Source: Camelus dromedarius
Taxonomy: Eukaryota
DNA: 64,000 nucleotides
Reading direction: 5' to 3'
Assembly (NCBI RefSeq): GCF_036321535.1
Contig: NC_087438.1
Span: forward strand, 8,062,001 to 8,126,000
Numbering within the stretch: the stretch's first letter is position 1; each line of letters starts with the position of its first letter. A program made the position numbers and the translations under genes. A model generated the notes under the pieces. The model saw only the letters and a program-made list of their open reading frames with translations. It was not told the origin of the DNA and ran no database searches. This document shows, one piece after another, positions 40,791-55,475 of the stretch.

Positions 40791-42784
40791 GACTCATTTC
40801 AGAATCTTTATAGAAGTGATTTTATTAATATCTATTTAATCCATATTGTCTTTTAAAAGAAATGCCAGTTCGCGTAAGAACTCTTTATGAGTTCATACTA
40901 CAATTGACTATAAAAACTGAACAGATTTTTTTAAAACTCAGTAATCTATAGAAGCAGATTTCCCCTTGCACATCCTCACTGCACCTCTTTCCTTGCTGAA
41001 TGCTCTGATTTCAGGAGTATGTCCCCAGCCGCCACGTTGGTATCACTAAGCAACGTGTCCAAGCAGCATGGCTGTGTGGGCAGGGAGCCTTCCCTTGGTG
41101 ATGGCTGATGGCTTTGAACCAGTTCTTTTGTGGACTTTGAACTTCCTAAAAAGTCTGGCTTGATATCTGTTATCATTAAACTCCAGGGTGAAAAACGACC
41201 TCAGCAAAAAAGCACTTTCAGAAATACAAAAAAAAAATCACATAATTTTGGTTAATTTCATCATATCATAACTGTATGCTAAGTAAATTGCTGAGGGAGG
41301 CAAATATCCCACTGCAGATCTGGGAAATACTTGTGATAATAAGGATTTACTTGTTCTATTCTTGATTTTTGTTTTTGACTCAAATCAAAATTCCAAAATC
41401 TAACTCCCTACTCCTATGCCAATTCACAAAATAATTTAGCATTTTATAGGACCCCAAACGATTTCCTGTGTATCTTGAGTCAAGTCCATGCACTAAATTC
41501 TACCTGTGAATGATCATTCACTCATTGACTTAGCTTGACATTGTATCTGATGTTATTATAAATGTTAAAATATACAAACACATTTCTTGTACTATAGGCT
41601 AAGAGCCATATTTCAGACTGTTATCTGGAAGGGAGATTATGAATTCAAATGCATTCAATGATAAAACTGCACTGAAGCCTCATAATTTTAATGTAACAGG
41701 CCATCTAATGATATAAATGGTAAGTCTGCTTTGGAAAATGCCCTCCTGTTTCATCATCTCCATAAACCCTAGATTTTCACACATTATGCTAACGTCATAC
41801 AACTTTGCTGCTATCACAAAGAACTTGAATGCTCACAGGTCCCTGACGAGGTACAAAATGCTGAAGCATTCTCGATAAAGTTTCCAATACAACTTACTGT
41901 AATTATGAGGCCTCACCTCACCTTTCACCAAATGAACACTGTGATCTATCAGGACTCAAAGATTTCCCCGTGAGAATAATTTAACATGTTGATTGCCACA
42001 TCACCAAATCTGGGTGACAGTTGTGTTTCCTCAGAGGCCGCATCACCCAGATATGGGTGAGGCTTTCCTTCCTCCAATTTTGCAGAATTTATTCTGAATT
42101 TATTCCATGCAGAAGAGTAGCAAGAAGAAGTAAAATTGTAAAGAGGCTGAAAACTGCAAAGAAGAAAAAGGGGTTTTCTTTTTAAAACAGTTCCAACTTG
42201 GAAAAACAAACAGATGAATGACGAGCACATACAGTTAGTGCGTCCTACTGCGGTCAGGTGTGAACTGGGGCCCTGCGGGAAACACACACGATCCGCAGCG
42301 GGTGACCAGCGTGTTGAGCAAAGTCAAGGCCAGGCTCCAGCAGCAAGTGTGCCCCTGAGACCTCATCCCTGTGGCAGCAGATGACCCTGGGTCTGGCCTT
42401 TCCTCCCTAACCACCAGCACTTCTTCTCAGGCAGTTAGAAACACAGGCGTCTTTTGTTCAGTTCCTTTTGTGACAGGCAGGCACCTGGAAAGTGACAAGA
42501 CATGGCTCGTGAAGTATGAGGAACGTGGCATCTGATATCTTTGCAACCTTAGGACGGACCATTTCCGTTTTTATTTTCAGTCCAGGGTCTCGGGGCTCTG
42601 CGTCCTCAGTGAGGTGGACGGTGTCCTGTGTCATCACAACTCCAATCTGGCTCCAAGTCTACTTGTCTAAGAAGGTCCTAGTTCTAGTGAAACACACAAG
42701 ACGAACAGCGGTGGGCCAGCACCTGTCTGCTTGTGGTTTCTTACCTCGGGGTAGGTGGAGAGGAGCTGAGCAGGCTAGTTGTGT

Positions 42785-42940
42785 ATTTCAGTATTTCTCA
42801 AAACGCCATGTGCGTATGAGTCCCCTGACTAACATTTGGGTTCTGACTCAACAGGTTTGGGGGAGCGCCTGAGGTTCTAAATTTTTCTCAAGTTCTCGGC
42901 AATGCAGGTGTCACTGGTCCACAGACCACCCTTGGAGAAG
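42785..42940. mobile_element. MER5A-like remnant
   Basis: TTCTGACTCAACAGGTTTGGGGGAGCGCCTGAG...CTGGTCCACAGACCACCCTTGGAG. Confidence 0.6.
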
Positions 42941-45900
42941 CCGGGACACACTGATTTAGCTACGGCTGCAACTTGGTTGCTAGCTGACTTCAACTGTGGC
43001 ATCTTTGTGGGGCCCTGGAGGCAGGCACAGCGATGCCTTTTGTCCCCTCTGCCTTATTAAACAGACACAAGCGCCTCAATAAAGGCACAGGTCAAGGTCA
43101 TAGTGAGACAGTGGCCGCGCTGACGGCACCTCAGCAGGTGCCGCTAACCCTGGTCCAGCACGCGGCAGTGCTGGCCACCACGTGTGAGCGTCGTCTGGGC
43201 TGCCACGGGCTGCCCCAGCCTAGGGGTCAGGTGTCAGCCTGCAGGCTGCTGCAGGAGTGACCGACCTTAGCTCTAGGTGGTCAGGCCCCACCAGACACCC
43301 AGGGGCACGCAAAGGCGTCTGTGAGCAGGCAAGCTGGGGCAAGAGTCCCTGCTGGGGACAACCACCAGAGCATCCTTCCAGCTATAGGACCAACTTCTCA
43401 GGTACAGGTGGACTGGCATGCATCTGCTGCCATCACTGAGCTTCTCGGCTGATTCTGGGAAAACAAGTATCTGGGTTACCTGCGTTACGACAGGGCACCC
43501 CCATGTAAGGATTCAGCACGGTGCTTCTCAACCCCGGGAGAATGTACATGGTGCTCACCTGGACGAGTGGACTTTAAAACACCTGGACTGTTGTATACAC
43601 TGCCGATGCTAGGGCCCACTCCAGACCACTGAGTCAGGACCTCAGGGGATGGGCCAGGGAACAGACGAGTCCAAACCACTCCCCATGTGTCTCTAAGGAG
43701 GGACCTATCTCTGGATGGTTAGGGTCAGGCCTAGTAGACCCAGGGCCAGTGTGAGGCCCTGAGGCACGCAGGTCAGGGTTTGGTGCTCTGCAGGCCCCCT
43801 TGGGCTGGATAGTCAGAACACCCACAGAAGCATCCATTCTCAGATGTGGGGGGAGGGGGGTAACCTCCTCTTGGCGTGGGTGTAATTTCTGAACTTTGCA
43901 GGAAGGCAGCGATACCTCTGAGACTAGGCAAAGTCGAAGATGGTTTTTGCCTTGGGGAAGGTGGTCGCTGCCCCAGGCGTGCCGGCCACCACGCTGCAAT
44001 TAGTCTCTTTTTGGGACATTCCCCCAAGTTCACAGATTGCATGCATTTCCTGCGTTTCCACCCAGGATGGGCATTCTATTTAATGTCTGCTTCCAACCCA
44101 GGCTCCTATCCGGGAGCCGCTTTTGGCAGCAGCCTCCTGGGTGGTTGGACCAGGAGCTGGGTTCACTGTCACCTTCAACTGTCCTGGTTAACTACTGATG
44201 TCGCGGCGTCTAACAGCTGGGGCTTTATGAATGCGTCAGTCACCAGGGTTTTTAATGGCCAGCCCCATATCCACACAGGTACTCTTCTTTACCAATAAGT
44301 TAGATAAAATTGAGTGAGTGTCATTTTAGTTCTCCACAGCTGTTTCTCAGTACCCCATCCGTGCAACCCTTGAACAGAACATCTGGAGGCTGGCTTCCAG
44401 ATCTAGTTGCTATGGATAATTATGAGTCTTTCCAGGAAGGGAATCCAGAACAACATGCTCCTGACCCACATTTTCTGTTATATCAAAAAGATGAACTTTG
44501 CAAGGGGCGGGAAGTCTTCACTGTGCTTTCCAAAGTGCTGGCTGCTGAGGGACAAAAGCTCAGTTTTCATTTTTGTGCATGTGGTTTTTGCCCATCAAAG
44601 GGCACAGATGAAATTCTCAACGTATACACAAGGAGAAGGGCTGTATCAGATAAAAGCAAGCAATTTTCTTCATAAATCGCTTTGAATATTTTGAAAAAAA
44701 AAACATCTGAACCAGGATGCTTTTGCATCTCAGCATCTTGAACAGGTCTTTTACTCAGATTGTGCTTCACATATCATAGATAGCTGTGCAAACTTCTTTT
44801 CAAAAATTCGATCTTTAGCTGCAAAAACTCAGCCTTAAAATGTATTCTTGTATCTGTTTTCTAATGCTGTCCACGCTTCACCAGTACCCACAGGACGGGC
44901 TTACTGATAATTCCAGAAGAAAAAGGCACCATAAACTTCTCAGCATAATTTATAGGACAAAGATGGCAAATAAACTGCTTCACAGATTAGTCACTCTCTA
45001 TATTTACCATTTATAACGTCTTTATAGCAACACTTGTTAAAAGCTTTATTATTTTACTCACCATAATCCTTGGCACATGAAAAAAGAGTTTGAAAAGAGA
45101 GGAAATATGCTGTGTAATACACAGTTCTGCAGACTAAAATTTTTCCTTGATTCTTTTCTGATTAAAAGCTTTCATATTTGTACGTGTGTGTTTTGGAATC
45201 CAGTTAGTCGCTGAATTATGTGTGCAGAATTATTAGAGGAATACCAGTATATTAAAGCAGTCATTCCCTAATAAATGCACGATTGATGAGATCTATGTTC
45301 AGTTACAATTCTCCCACCCAGTTTTTGTCTGTTGTCTTATCCAAAGAAGTTGCTACTAAACCACCAGTTGGCGTGGGACGGTAGTGATGTTAGCGGTGCT
45401 TCTCTAGCACAGAAATCTGTATTGACTCTTCCAGTGCAAAACAAATACAATGTGTTTGCTAGAAGGCTGTCAAGGGGAAGGGGTCTGTTTGTGGAAGTGT
45501 CAGCCCCAACAACCAGCTACTGACTGAGCCATGAAGAGGACTGTGGCCTGATCTGCCTCCAACTGGCTGAGCTCAAGACCTAAATGAACACCTGTGTGCA
45601 TCTGTGCGTGTGTGTGTGTCTTATTCATTCTAGAGAAATGTATACAGACTTCCCTTTCCTACGTCAATTACTGAAACGCAGCTTGTGTCCTACGGGAGGT
45701 TTTGACTCCTTTAACAGGTTGCAGTCCATCCAAGGAGAGCTAAGGTTGAAGCCAGAAACACCAGGAAGCGCACGTATCATCTGAGGTCAGGATGGGCTCG
45801 CCCTCTTTAAGAAGGCACAGCACCTGTGGGCCCACGCACCGTCGGGGAAGCTGAACAGGAAAAATCAGTGCTACCAAGTCTGGGTGAAGACATTTATAAG

Positions 45901-48459
45901 CAAACAGAAATTGGAGGGGCTGCTCAAGTCCGCTCAGTCAACACCATGAATGGTTTTCCTCGGGTTCGTTTTGCTGCCCAGCCTCTGCCCGCGGGTCCCT
46001 GAACAGGCCCTCACTGCACGCAGACACCACAGAAGAGGCCTCGTCTGCCCTTCTGATCTCCGTCTGCAGGCTCACACACAGGGAGCTGCTGGCTCTCCAG
46101 GGGAGCCTGACATGCCACGGGCTGCTGTCCCGGGCCTCTGAGTCCTGCGACTGACACCTACTCCCACAGAACCGAGGAAGCCTCTTCCCAAAGCGTCGGG
46201 GAACTCCGAGGTTAGGGAACAGGCATCTGATCTACAGATTTTCCATACCCATTGAGCCAAGTTTTTCTGTCAGCTGTCAGTGATTTTTTAAGGTTTCACT
46301 CACTTGGAGGAGAACCTGGCATCTTGGTGTTCATGCTTCGCTCTGTGCTAAGGATGGTTTGCAGTTACCCACGGGACGGAACACTTCCACCGGCTGGCGA
46401 CCTTTCTGACAGTTCGTTGAAAATACCTGCTGAATATCTACTAGATGAAGTGGGGTGAGGAGTTCAGAAATACGCAGGGGGCGCAGCTGCCCTCCGGGAG
46501 CCCTTCTGTCCACGTATTTAAATGCTCTGCCTCTTCTGATTGATTGCAGGAAAGTTCAGAACACTTTCTTCTTTGTATCAACGTCAGTGGTTTCGTAATA
46601 CACAGCACAAAAAATACACACAGGTCCGTTTGGGAGTAGCTTTTAGAGACTTCAGGTATTTCACTTTAGTTATTCTACAGAAAATGCAAAGTATTGCACA
46701 AATATAAAAATACATATATGCACATACATGGATATGTGTATGACATGTACATGTACATAGGTGTGTGCAGTGATTTCTGCCATATATTTAGAATACATAT
46801 AAGTAGAAACTATATTATTATATATATTTTCTGTGTAACATAGACTAAATATATGACAAATTTTTAAAAATTTCAAAATGCAGGATAGTTAAATACAGTG
46901 GTAGGAGGGATTCTGATGTGGGCATGGTTGTGAATTAACTCCATTATGAAAGATTTTAAGTTATTAATTATTTCAGGTTATTTGCACATCTACTAAAACG
47001 GTTGGTCTTCCCATAATCTCTCCTGCTTGGGTAAAAAGAAAAATGTTTCAAAGCAGCATCATATTTATTAAGGCAGAGATGCTGGTGAACTAGAATCATT
47101 GAACTGAGGCTGACACTTAAATTGAGGGGCCAGCACAGACGCCTGTTTGCCCAAATTAACCCACACCCGTGACCTAAACTGCGTAAGCCCTGCGAAGAGA
47201 CCCAGGAATACTTTACCATCGATGCGCCGCTGACACTAAGTTCAGAGGCACCGAGGCTGGGGAGGGGAGCTCACAGCACGGGGCAGACAGGAGCTAGGCA
47301 AGCCACGGTCCAGGAGACCAGCAAATGCAGGGCTGCGTGTGTCTCCCTCTCTCTTCCCACCCTGTCCTTTCCTTCTCTGATTCAACATCGTACCTAAGAG
47401 CATTTTGCCAGGAGACGCCTCTTTCTAACAGCCATCTATGTGATCCGTAGCATGGAAGAAAGAAGACAGATTCCCAGGATTCAGGGCCAGAGGAACATTT
47501 GGCTGCAATTACCTGCCCCGGTTCTCGAGGGAAAGGGGAATTGTCCTGGGAGTTGGCTCAACGCTGGGGCCCCTGAACGAGTCCCATTTTAATCTGTTCC
47601 TCTTCAGATCTCTCGAACATTCACTTTACCTCCAACCTCTAACATCTTGTCTCAGGTATTCATTTACATACTTCCTGGGGTTCTAATCCCAAGTGAAAAG
47701 AAGCTTGTAAGGTGTTCTAGTTAATTTATTCTTGAAAAAAAAAAAATCTCATGGACCCTTATTAAAAAAAAAAAAAAAGTGGGGTAAAAATCCTTCCTCA
47801 GGGAACCATCACCAGGTCCCCAGTGCCTCCCGAATGTGGTCACACCTCCTGAGAGTCAGTTTAGGAGAGCAGACCTCAGACCATGAGCAGCCATGATCTC
47901 ATGTGCATCCCCGGTGCCTGCCCTAAACTGCACCTTATCCACCCCAGGACTCACGGCATCACTGGACACTTGTAAATAACTGACGTGTTACGCTTCCCTC
48001 CCTAGCCAGACGCCTCTTCTCCTCTGTGCACCTGTCCAGGTGCACTTTCTAAACCCAACCTCAGATGCTGTCTCTTTCAGGAACCCTTTTCTGATCCTCC
48101 TACCTGGACGTGCCTCTCCCTCCAGGGATGCCCCCAGCCTGGCCCTCTCTCTGCTCTGGGCATGACTAGCTACTTCTGAACCGATGTCACTTCTACCCTC
48201 TTCCAGGCAAGGCAGACCCCTGGAGTCATGACTCCCATCTTATTTATATGAGAATGCCCGGCAGAGCTGGGCTGACAAGATTCTCCCTAGTCACAGCAGT
48301 TACAATTTACTGGGCCCTTTTAACAAGCAGGCTTGCTAATAAGTAATTGATAGGCACGATCGCAGCTCCTATGGTCCTCATGATGACTCTGTATGATGGC
48401 TGCGGGAGTGCTGTCCCCACTAGAGGATGTGCGAACGATCTCAGAGAAGCATGATTTCA

Positions 48460-48775
48460 CCTCAGGACCCTTGCACTGGCTGTTCCCTCTGCCTGATACA
48501 TTCTTCCCCAGATATCCATCCACAGTGGCTCCCTGCTTCGGGTGTCTGCTCAGTGGAGACCTCATCGTGGAGAGCTCGGCCACGCTGCCCGATGACAGCC
48601 CTCCTTGCCTCACTCTTCTCACGGCTCTTCTCACCATCGAGAAACCGATCAGTAGCAGACCATTACCTCCAAGCGGACAGGGGCTGTGGCGTCCACTGTT
48701 CACAGGTGGGCGCCCAGCACCTAGAAGAGGGCCCAGCACAAAAGAGGTGCCCAGGAAAACACCTGCTGAACTGCA
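48460..48775 (+). mobile_element. L2 3' fragment
   Basis: CTCAGGACCCTTGCACTGGCTGTTCCCTCTGCCTG...CCCAGCACCTAGAAGAGGGCCCAGCACAAAAGAGGTGCCCAG. Confidence 0.7.
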
Positions 48776-49149
48776 CCCCACTACCCAAGGTCACACCGCT
48801 CGTAAGTAATGAAACCAAGACATGCACCACGTCTGTCCGGCCCCCCATCCATGCTGTTAACCACCGTCTCCTGTATCTGTCAAACTCAACTGCATGAACA
48901 ATGATTTCTTCTCCGTCTGCAATTAAGTCCAATCCTCTTACTCATGTTTCTACTCGTTCTGTCCTTAAATATTAGAATTACTCAGGCTCCTTTGGAACTT
49001 CCCCAACGTTCCGTTGATGACGGTCAGCATTCTTGTGTGGAGCCCCACCTTCCCTTCTCGCTGGCCTGCTGCCCAGTTGCGCCCTCCCGCCCTCCCGCCC
49101 ACAGGGACTTCACTGCCCCTCAGTCAGTATCCATTGTTTCCTGGGTACC

Positions 49150-49950
49150 ATGTTTCCCTCTTGTTTGATGCCTTTATTCAGCTAGAGTACATACTTCAAT
49201 TGTAGTAACTTTCCAGGAAAGAGTGCGTAGGAGATAGATTTTTATGAGTACCTACAAGTCTGAAAATACCTGATACCTTCTTGTAGATGGTGGATAATCT
49301 GGCTCCGTGTGGATTTCAGGCGGAAACTTATTTTCCCTCAGAACTCTACTATTACTACTGCAAGTCGGGTGGCATCTGTTTTATTCCTCCCAGAGGTTTT
49401 AGGGTCTTTTTACATTGGTGCTATGAAATTTCACGATGCAGAATATAAAATATTTTCTATTCCAAGCACAGGGTGCTTCCTAGGAAGACACAGGTCCCCC
49501 GGCTCTGAGAAATCATTCTGTACTGCTTCCTGGATAATTTGCTTCCCCCCATTTTCATCCTGGGACTGCAGTCATATGTCAGATCTCCTGGATTTGCCCT
49601 TTATGGCGCTTGCTGCTTTATTCTCATTTTCTGTCTCCTTCCCTTTATGTTCTGCCTTCCCAGTCATCTCTGTGCCTATTTCCCACTCATGCTACCACAT
49701 TTTTAATGTGGGTAGTTATATTTCTACAGCCTAAAAAGATTTTCTTGTTCTTTGATCCTTTCACCCATCAATCCAGCTCTTACTTAATAAATAGAAGATC
49801 TTAACTCCTTCTCAGTACTGAACCTAAAGTTTTGGCTTGTTTCTTTTAATCTCCTTTTTTTCCCCTGTAAATCATCGGTTTCTACTGACAGCTCATGTTT
49901 TCTGGTTTTTTTTTTCTTGCCACTAATTCACACAAATGCCTCAGTAATTC
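49150..49950 (-). mobile_element. Probable ancient L1/HAL1-like internal fragment
   Basis: Pyrimidine-rich stretch with TCTGAAAATA...GATAATCTGGCT...TTATTTTCCCTCAGAACT typical of old antisense L1 5' regions; boundaries uncertain. Confidence 0.4.
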
Positions 49951-52459
49951 TGGCTAATTTGAGAAAGAAACTCAGGGGCAGCTTCTTCTGCTACAATATA
50001 AATAGAAGTGTCTCCCACTGCGTGTCCCTGCGTTAGAACTTCTGATGAGGAGGGTGGGGCACATGGGCCGGTGGTCTTCCTTCAGGAGAGGCTGGGGGGC
50101 AGCTCTGAGCCCCCCTGCCAGCCCACCACCCAACATGCCTGTATGAAATGAACTTCACCTGGGCCTCGAGCAGCCATAACTGAAGTCTAACTTGCCCAGG
50201 TAGTGTGTTCAGTTTCTTCAAAGCACACTCCTGGTCTTCACCTTGGAGTGAGCACTGGCCACCGGGTCACCGTCTTGGAGGGAGGGAGAGGAGGCAGTAG
50301 GAGGGGGGAGCCAACTTAGGATTGTCTCGAGTGCTGACTTTCAATGAACCTCTCACTTCTCTTCCCACTCCCAGCTCAACTCTGATGGCTGAGCCTGTCC
50401 AAGCACTCACTGAAGACAGCCAGTCCACCTCCGCCAGGCTGGTGGAGCAAATTCTTGGGAGAAACGTCTGCATTTCCATTGCTTATCACTCCTACCTACT
50501 TTGCTTTCTAGAAAAATGTTAATATGGCTTGCTTATTGGTGACACCCACCCACTGGCCTCTGTTTTCTTGTCTCATCTGTGAATTTATTTCCCATTTTAA
50601 TTCTCAACTATCTTTTTCAGAAAGTTAAGTTTTGGAGGGCCTGAGACATAGGGGAGACAAATGAGTAAAGAGAGTATGTAATTTTTAACTGTTGTCCAGG
50701 ATACACTGTTATTTTTCAAATTTACATGTTCCCAGTTAAATTATAGCATGACCAAAATCATATAAGTATCAATAATATGGGAAAGGCTTGCACATAAAGA
50801 TGCCACTTTCCTACAAAAAGAATAAAAAAGACCTGTTTACCCCATTTTAACTAGCAAGGTCACCATGTAGCAGGGACAGAAGGGAAGATATTAATTTCTG
50901 TGAATCAATAAAAAAGAAAGACATCAGGAAAGCCTTTTAGGCCCCTACCATCCCAAACATTTAGTTCCAGATCCAGCTTCTAACTTACAGAAACTGAATT
51001 TTAAACCAACACTCTCCCTGCTGTCTGACATGGATGGACATCAATTGGACAGAAATCAGATACCAACATAAGAGTGATCAGAAGCTGCATGAAGAGATTT
51101 TAAAAGGGAGGTCTGATCGCCATTCTGTGAGTCCTGGGTCCTTAGGCAGATGGAGGCTGTCAAATGGGACCAAGGACAGACAAGGTTTACTAAAGAGATT
51201 TTAGACCCTGCCCTCCCTGGAGAGAAAGCATGGAGAGGGTGGGTTTCCATGAGACCACTCAGGTGCGGGCACTTTGTGGATGGAAGCCGGAGAGAGTCAA
51301 TGTGTGGGTTTCAGCCCACCCTCCGCAAGTGTGCTGGGGTGCAGGATGGCAGAGTGCACGGTGCAGGAGAGAGAGCTACTTCACATTCTGAGCAGGAGAT
51401 GCCTGGGCTCAGAGAGCAAGAGCTTCACAGGAGGGGCTGGGGCTGCGGGCACGGCCAGCGGGGACGCAATGGGTGAAACGCTGGAGGGCTCTCCAGCGAG
51501 GCCTCATTCCAAAGAACCCCCGGACGTTCCGGTTGACAGTCAGCTGTAGCCATTTTTGAAAGAAGATTAAAGTGTTGATTGGTATCACAGGCTGATCACA
51601 TTCTAATTAGTAAATCTAAACTAGGTTTTGTTTTTGTTTTTTTTTTAAGTTAAGGGCGAGCCAGAAGGTTCATGTGACTTGTTCAAGTGTTCGTCCCCAG
51701 GCAGGGAAGAATCACCTTCAGGAAATGCAGTGTAAAGGTGCAGAAGCAGCCAGATACCGCGTTGCATTCCGACCACATCCCAAGGGCTCCGTGATAAACA
51801 AACTCCCTCGCTCATTACCTGGGCAGACTTCACGTTTCCTTTGAGAACCTGACAGCAGAGACTTGCAAAGCTTTTATCTAGGATTAGGCTTTTTTTCCCC
51901 TTTTCTTTCTTACAACAGGTCCACCTGGAAGTATTAACAAACCAGGGAAGGGACCTGAGATCTCCAAATATGCGGAATGTGGGGTTGATAGTGTGTGATC
52001 CCCTCCAAATAATGAGTCTGATATCTGTCTGGCAGGGGAACAGGATGCACACGACTGGACCAAATTCCTCTCTGTGTTCGATCAATGTTGATTACAATCA
52101 TTGATTAAGAATCTTCACTTAATTCATTTCATTTTTACCTAAAAGTAAGCTTCTGGTGTTTGACTTAACTTTAATACATATTTACAACTCAGATTTCTAT
52201 TTTTAACAGGATTCATTTTGCTCTAAACCAGAAAATGAAAGGATTATGTTATCATCTTTACAAAATTGAACAAAAATTGGTACTGGTGGTCATATTCGGT
52301 TGGATGTTGACACATTTCTGAGATATTTTTGCTTCTTCAAAATCACTGGTCATTTAAATAAGTTGAAAACTTACATTGTATTCCTACATCCTTGGTGTTT
52401 TTCTTCAATACACAAAATATATCACCTCTATCCACATATCATGTATATTTAAAAGTAAA

Positions 52460-52670
52460 GAGATGCTGGATTCAAGGTGATCTAGGTTCAAATCACTTCC
52501 CTGTCATTTCCAGCCAAAGAAACCTTCAGCAAGGAACTTATCACTGATAAGCCTCAGTTTCCAAATCTGTAGAATGGGGGTAAAAATCTCCCAATTAAGT
52601 TGTTGGAAATGACAAGAGACATAGGTTGCCAACTATCTAGAAAATTGCCTGGCATGTAGCAAATGTTTTA
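52460..52670 (+). mobile_element. MIR SINE
   Basis: CTAGGTTCAAATC...AAGCCTCAGTTTCCAAATCTGTAGAATGGGG...TGCCTGGCATGTAG. Confidence 0.7.
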
Positions 52671-54139
52671 TATTGCAATCTTTTTTTTTACATAATTTTA
52701 GTCATCATGCATAAAGTGAGTATATTTCACTTTTAAATCAGAAAATAAAAAATTAAGCAACCTGTCGGGAGAAAAACGTAAAAACAAGTTATGCCATTTA
52801 TTTAAATTTCTTCTTCCTCTACTTTTTTTTTTTTTTCTCTTCCTCTACCTTTTATAAGTGACCATTTTTAGACTGCCCCATTTCAAAACAAGTGGGGGAA
52901 AGTTTTGACACCTGGATCTGGGAGCGGGGAAGGACTCCTCCATTGCCTTCCGAAATGTTTCCCTGTCAACTTTTTCTTTATAAATCCATCCTCCACACAA
53001 GTCCCAGAATGGAGTTTTTAACATCCCTACATGATCATGTCATCCCTCCTGTTGGAGGATGAAATTCCCAGCCCTCGCCTCTCCTCCCCTGCATCTTCCA
53101 CTGTCCGGCACCACCCCGTTCTCGCCAGGAAACGCTGATCTGCTGGCAGTCTCCACCCCTTCCCATCCCCACTCCTCACCACACCCCTTCTCTATGCTTC
53201 GCCCCAGCTGTGCTTTCTCACCAGTTCTGTCTACACCGCATTTCTCGTTAGTTCCGTCTATACTGCTTAGGTTTGGAGTCCCTGCACCAAGGAAGCAAGC
53301 GTGGCACACATCTGACCCCTGCTGCGGGACGCTCCTCTAGTGTATTTCCTCGGTAACCAACTTCTGTTTCGCTCTAATGCTGGGTTTCAAACTGTCCACT
53401 CTTGTATCTGCTCCCAAACTAGCTCTCCTGAGGGCAAAGATCACCCCTCACACATTTCTGTATGCCCAACACTGAAAACTGGTGTGTTTGGGGACGCAAA
53501 ATTGCTGCTTTGTGTCTGAAGTTAGAACGAACGACTTCTTTCTTGTACATCCAGATTAGTACAGTTGGTATCATGTGAGTGAACTTTTATTGCACAGAAA
53601 ATGTGCTCGTACTTTAAACACATTATCTTACTCACACCTGAAGTAATGAGAGCAGACAGACACTACTGAAAACCCCTCGATGAGGGAACAATTTCTAACA
53701 GGTGAGCCATGCCCATCACCTCAGGGACCTCCGACAAGGCAGAGCTGGGTTTCTGCTCAGCCACCACCGTATGCTGAGAAAAGAAATGGTTTTAAAAAAG
53801 AAGAAGAAGAAGAAAGAAAAAGTTCTAAGAGATCTCCAGGCTCTGTTGCCATAATATCTGAGAAATGACACTGTTCTAGGTTTAATCTGAATTATGTTTC
53901 CCCAGATAGGTGGAACTCAGAAAGCTCTGGCCAGACTTTATAAAGTTTGGCCACTTAGAAGATCTGGAGCAGAATATGGATGTGTGCTCCTTAACAAGTG
54001 CCCACAAAGACTGATGACCTGAAATCCTCAGACGGAACTTCTAAATTCCTGTAAATGTTTTATAGCTAAAGAAGAAAAACTTCTGGAAAACAATACACGT
54101 GTTTTCAGTCTCTAGTTTTTCTCCTCTGCTCTCTCTTGG

Positions 54140-55475
54140 ATGCCATTCCCTCTTTTCAGTAGGATTTTACCACCACCCTTCACTGAAACTGCTCCTTCAA
54201 GGCCATCAGTGAGCACACACTGCTAACCCAAGGTCACAGAACAGTCTTCCTCTGTCTTGACTTGTTAATCACATTGGACATAGTTGATTGATCTCCTACC
54301 TTGAGATACGCTCTTCTCTTGGCTTCTAAGAAATGACACTGACCTACACTTCTGACTTACCTCTTTCCTTTGCTGGTTCCTGCTCAACTTCTTAGGCCTT
54401 TACATTTGTGGGGGGCATGTGGGGTCAGTCCCTGGACCTCGCCTCTCTAGGCCTACTTCCTAGGGAACATTTCTAGACTCACGGTTTCAAATACCATCTA
54501 CTTGCCGATGACTCCCTAATTTTTACCTCCAGCCTGGGCTTCTCCCTTGAACTCCAACTTGTGTATCCAACTGTCTACTGCACCTGTGCATTCCGACAGA
54601 TATCACATGTTAAAACCAAGATCTTAATATTTACCAGCAATGTCCCCAAACCCAACCAGATCCTTCTGCATCCTGCCCCATCTCAATCGATGGCAACTCC
54701 ATTCTTCTGGTTGTTGAGTTGGTGGCATTATTGAGTCCTCTTTCTCTTACAATCATCACTTATGAGAAAGCCAGGTCAGCTCTACCACACATACAGAATC
54801 AGAATTACACTACTTTTCATAACCTCCAGTGCTACCATCCTGGCCCAAGCCGTCCTTACCTCTTGCTTACATTACCGTAATTACCTCCCAACCTGTCCTC
54901 TCGCTTTCGCCCTTGATCCCCTACAGTGTATACTGGACACAGCAGCCAGTGACCCTGTAATAAACTCAGATTGTGCCACTCCTCTGCTCAAATCCTCAGT
55001 AGCTCCTGTGGATAGGGTAGAGCCAGCACCCTCAAGTCTTAATCAAGACTTTTGAGGCCCTCTCTGGTCTCGCCTTCTGCCCCTACTTTGCTGGTCATTG
55101 ACCTCGTTTCATTTCTCTGCTCTCTTGCTCTCTGATCCAGCCCTGCTAGTCTTCTTGCTGCTCTGCAAACGTATTAGACACCCTCCATTTACCAGCCTTT
55201 GAACTTGCTGTTCCTTGTGTTCAGAACGGCCTTCCCCTACATATTCAAATGGCCAGCCACCTCACTTCCATCATGATTGACTCAAAAGTCACCTTCTAAT
55301 TAAAGCTTTCCCTGGCCTCTTGGCCAAAAACTCTTATGATTTTTCTGTCTTCTCCAGCTGAAATGAGGCCAGGGACTTTGGATCATATTGATCAATTATG
55401 TATCCTCAGGGTCTAAGTCAGTGCCAGTACATAAAAGGTGCTTGCTTAATATATAATTAAAGGAATTAATTAATT
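54140..55475 (+). mobile_element. L2 LINE fragment including decayed reverse transcriptase region and 3' end
   Basis: CACTGAAACTGCTCCTTCAAGGCCATCAGTGA; TACCATCTACTTGCCGATGACTCC (YHLLADDS, degenerate YADD); GAACTTGCTGTTCCTTGTG; 3' terminal region near 55400-55470. Confidence 0.8.

Noticed and set aside
48320..48897. Overlapping 138-156 aa ORFs
   Set aside because: Coincide with an L2 3' fragment; no coding signature.
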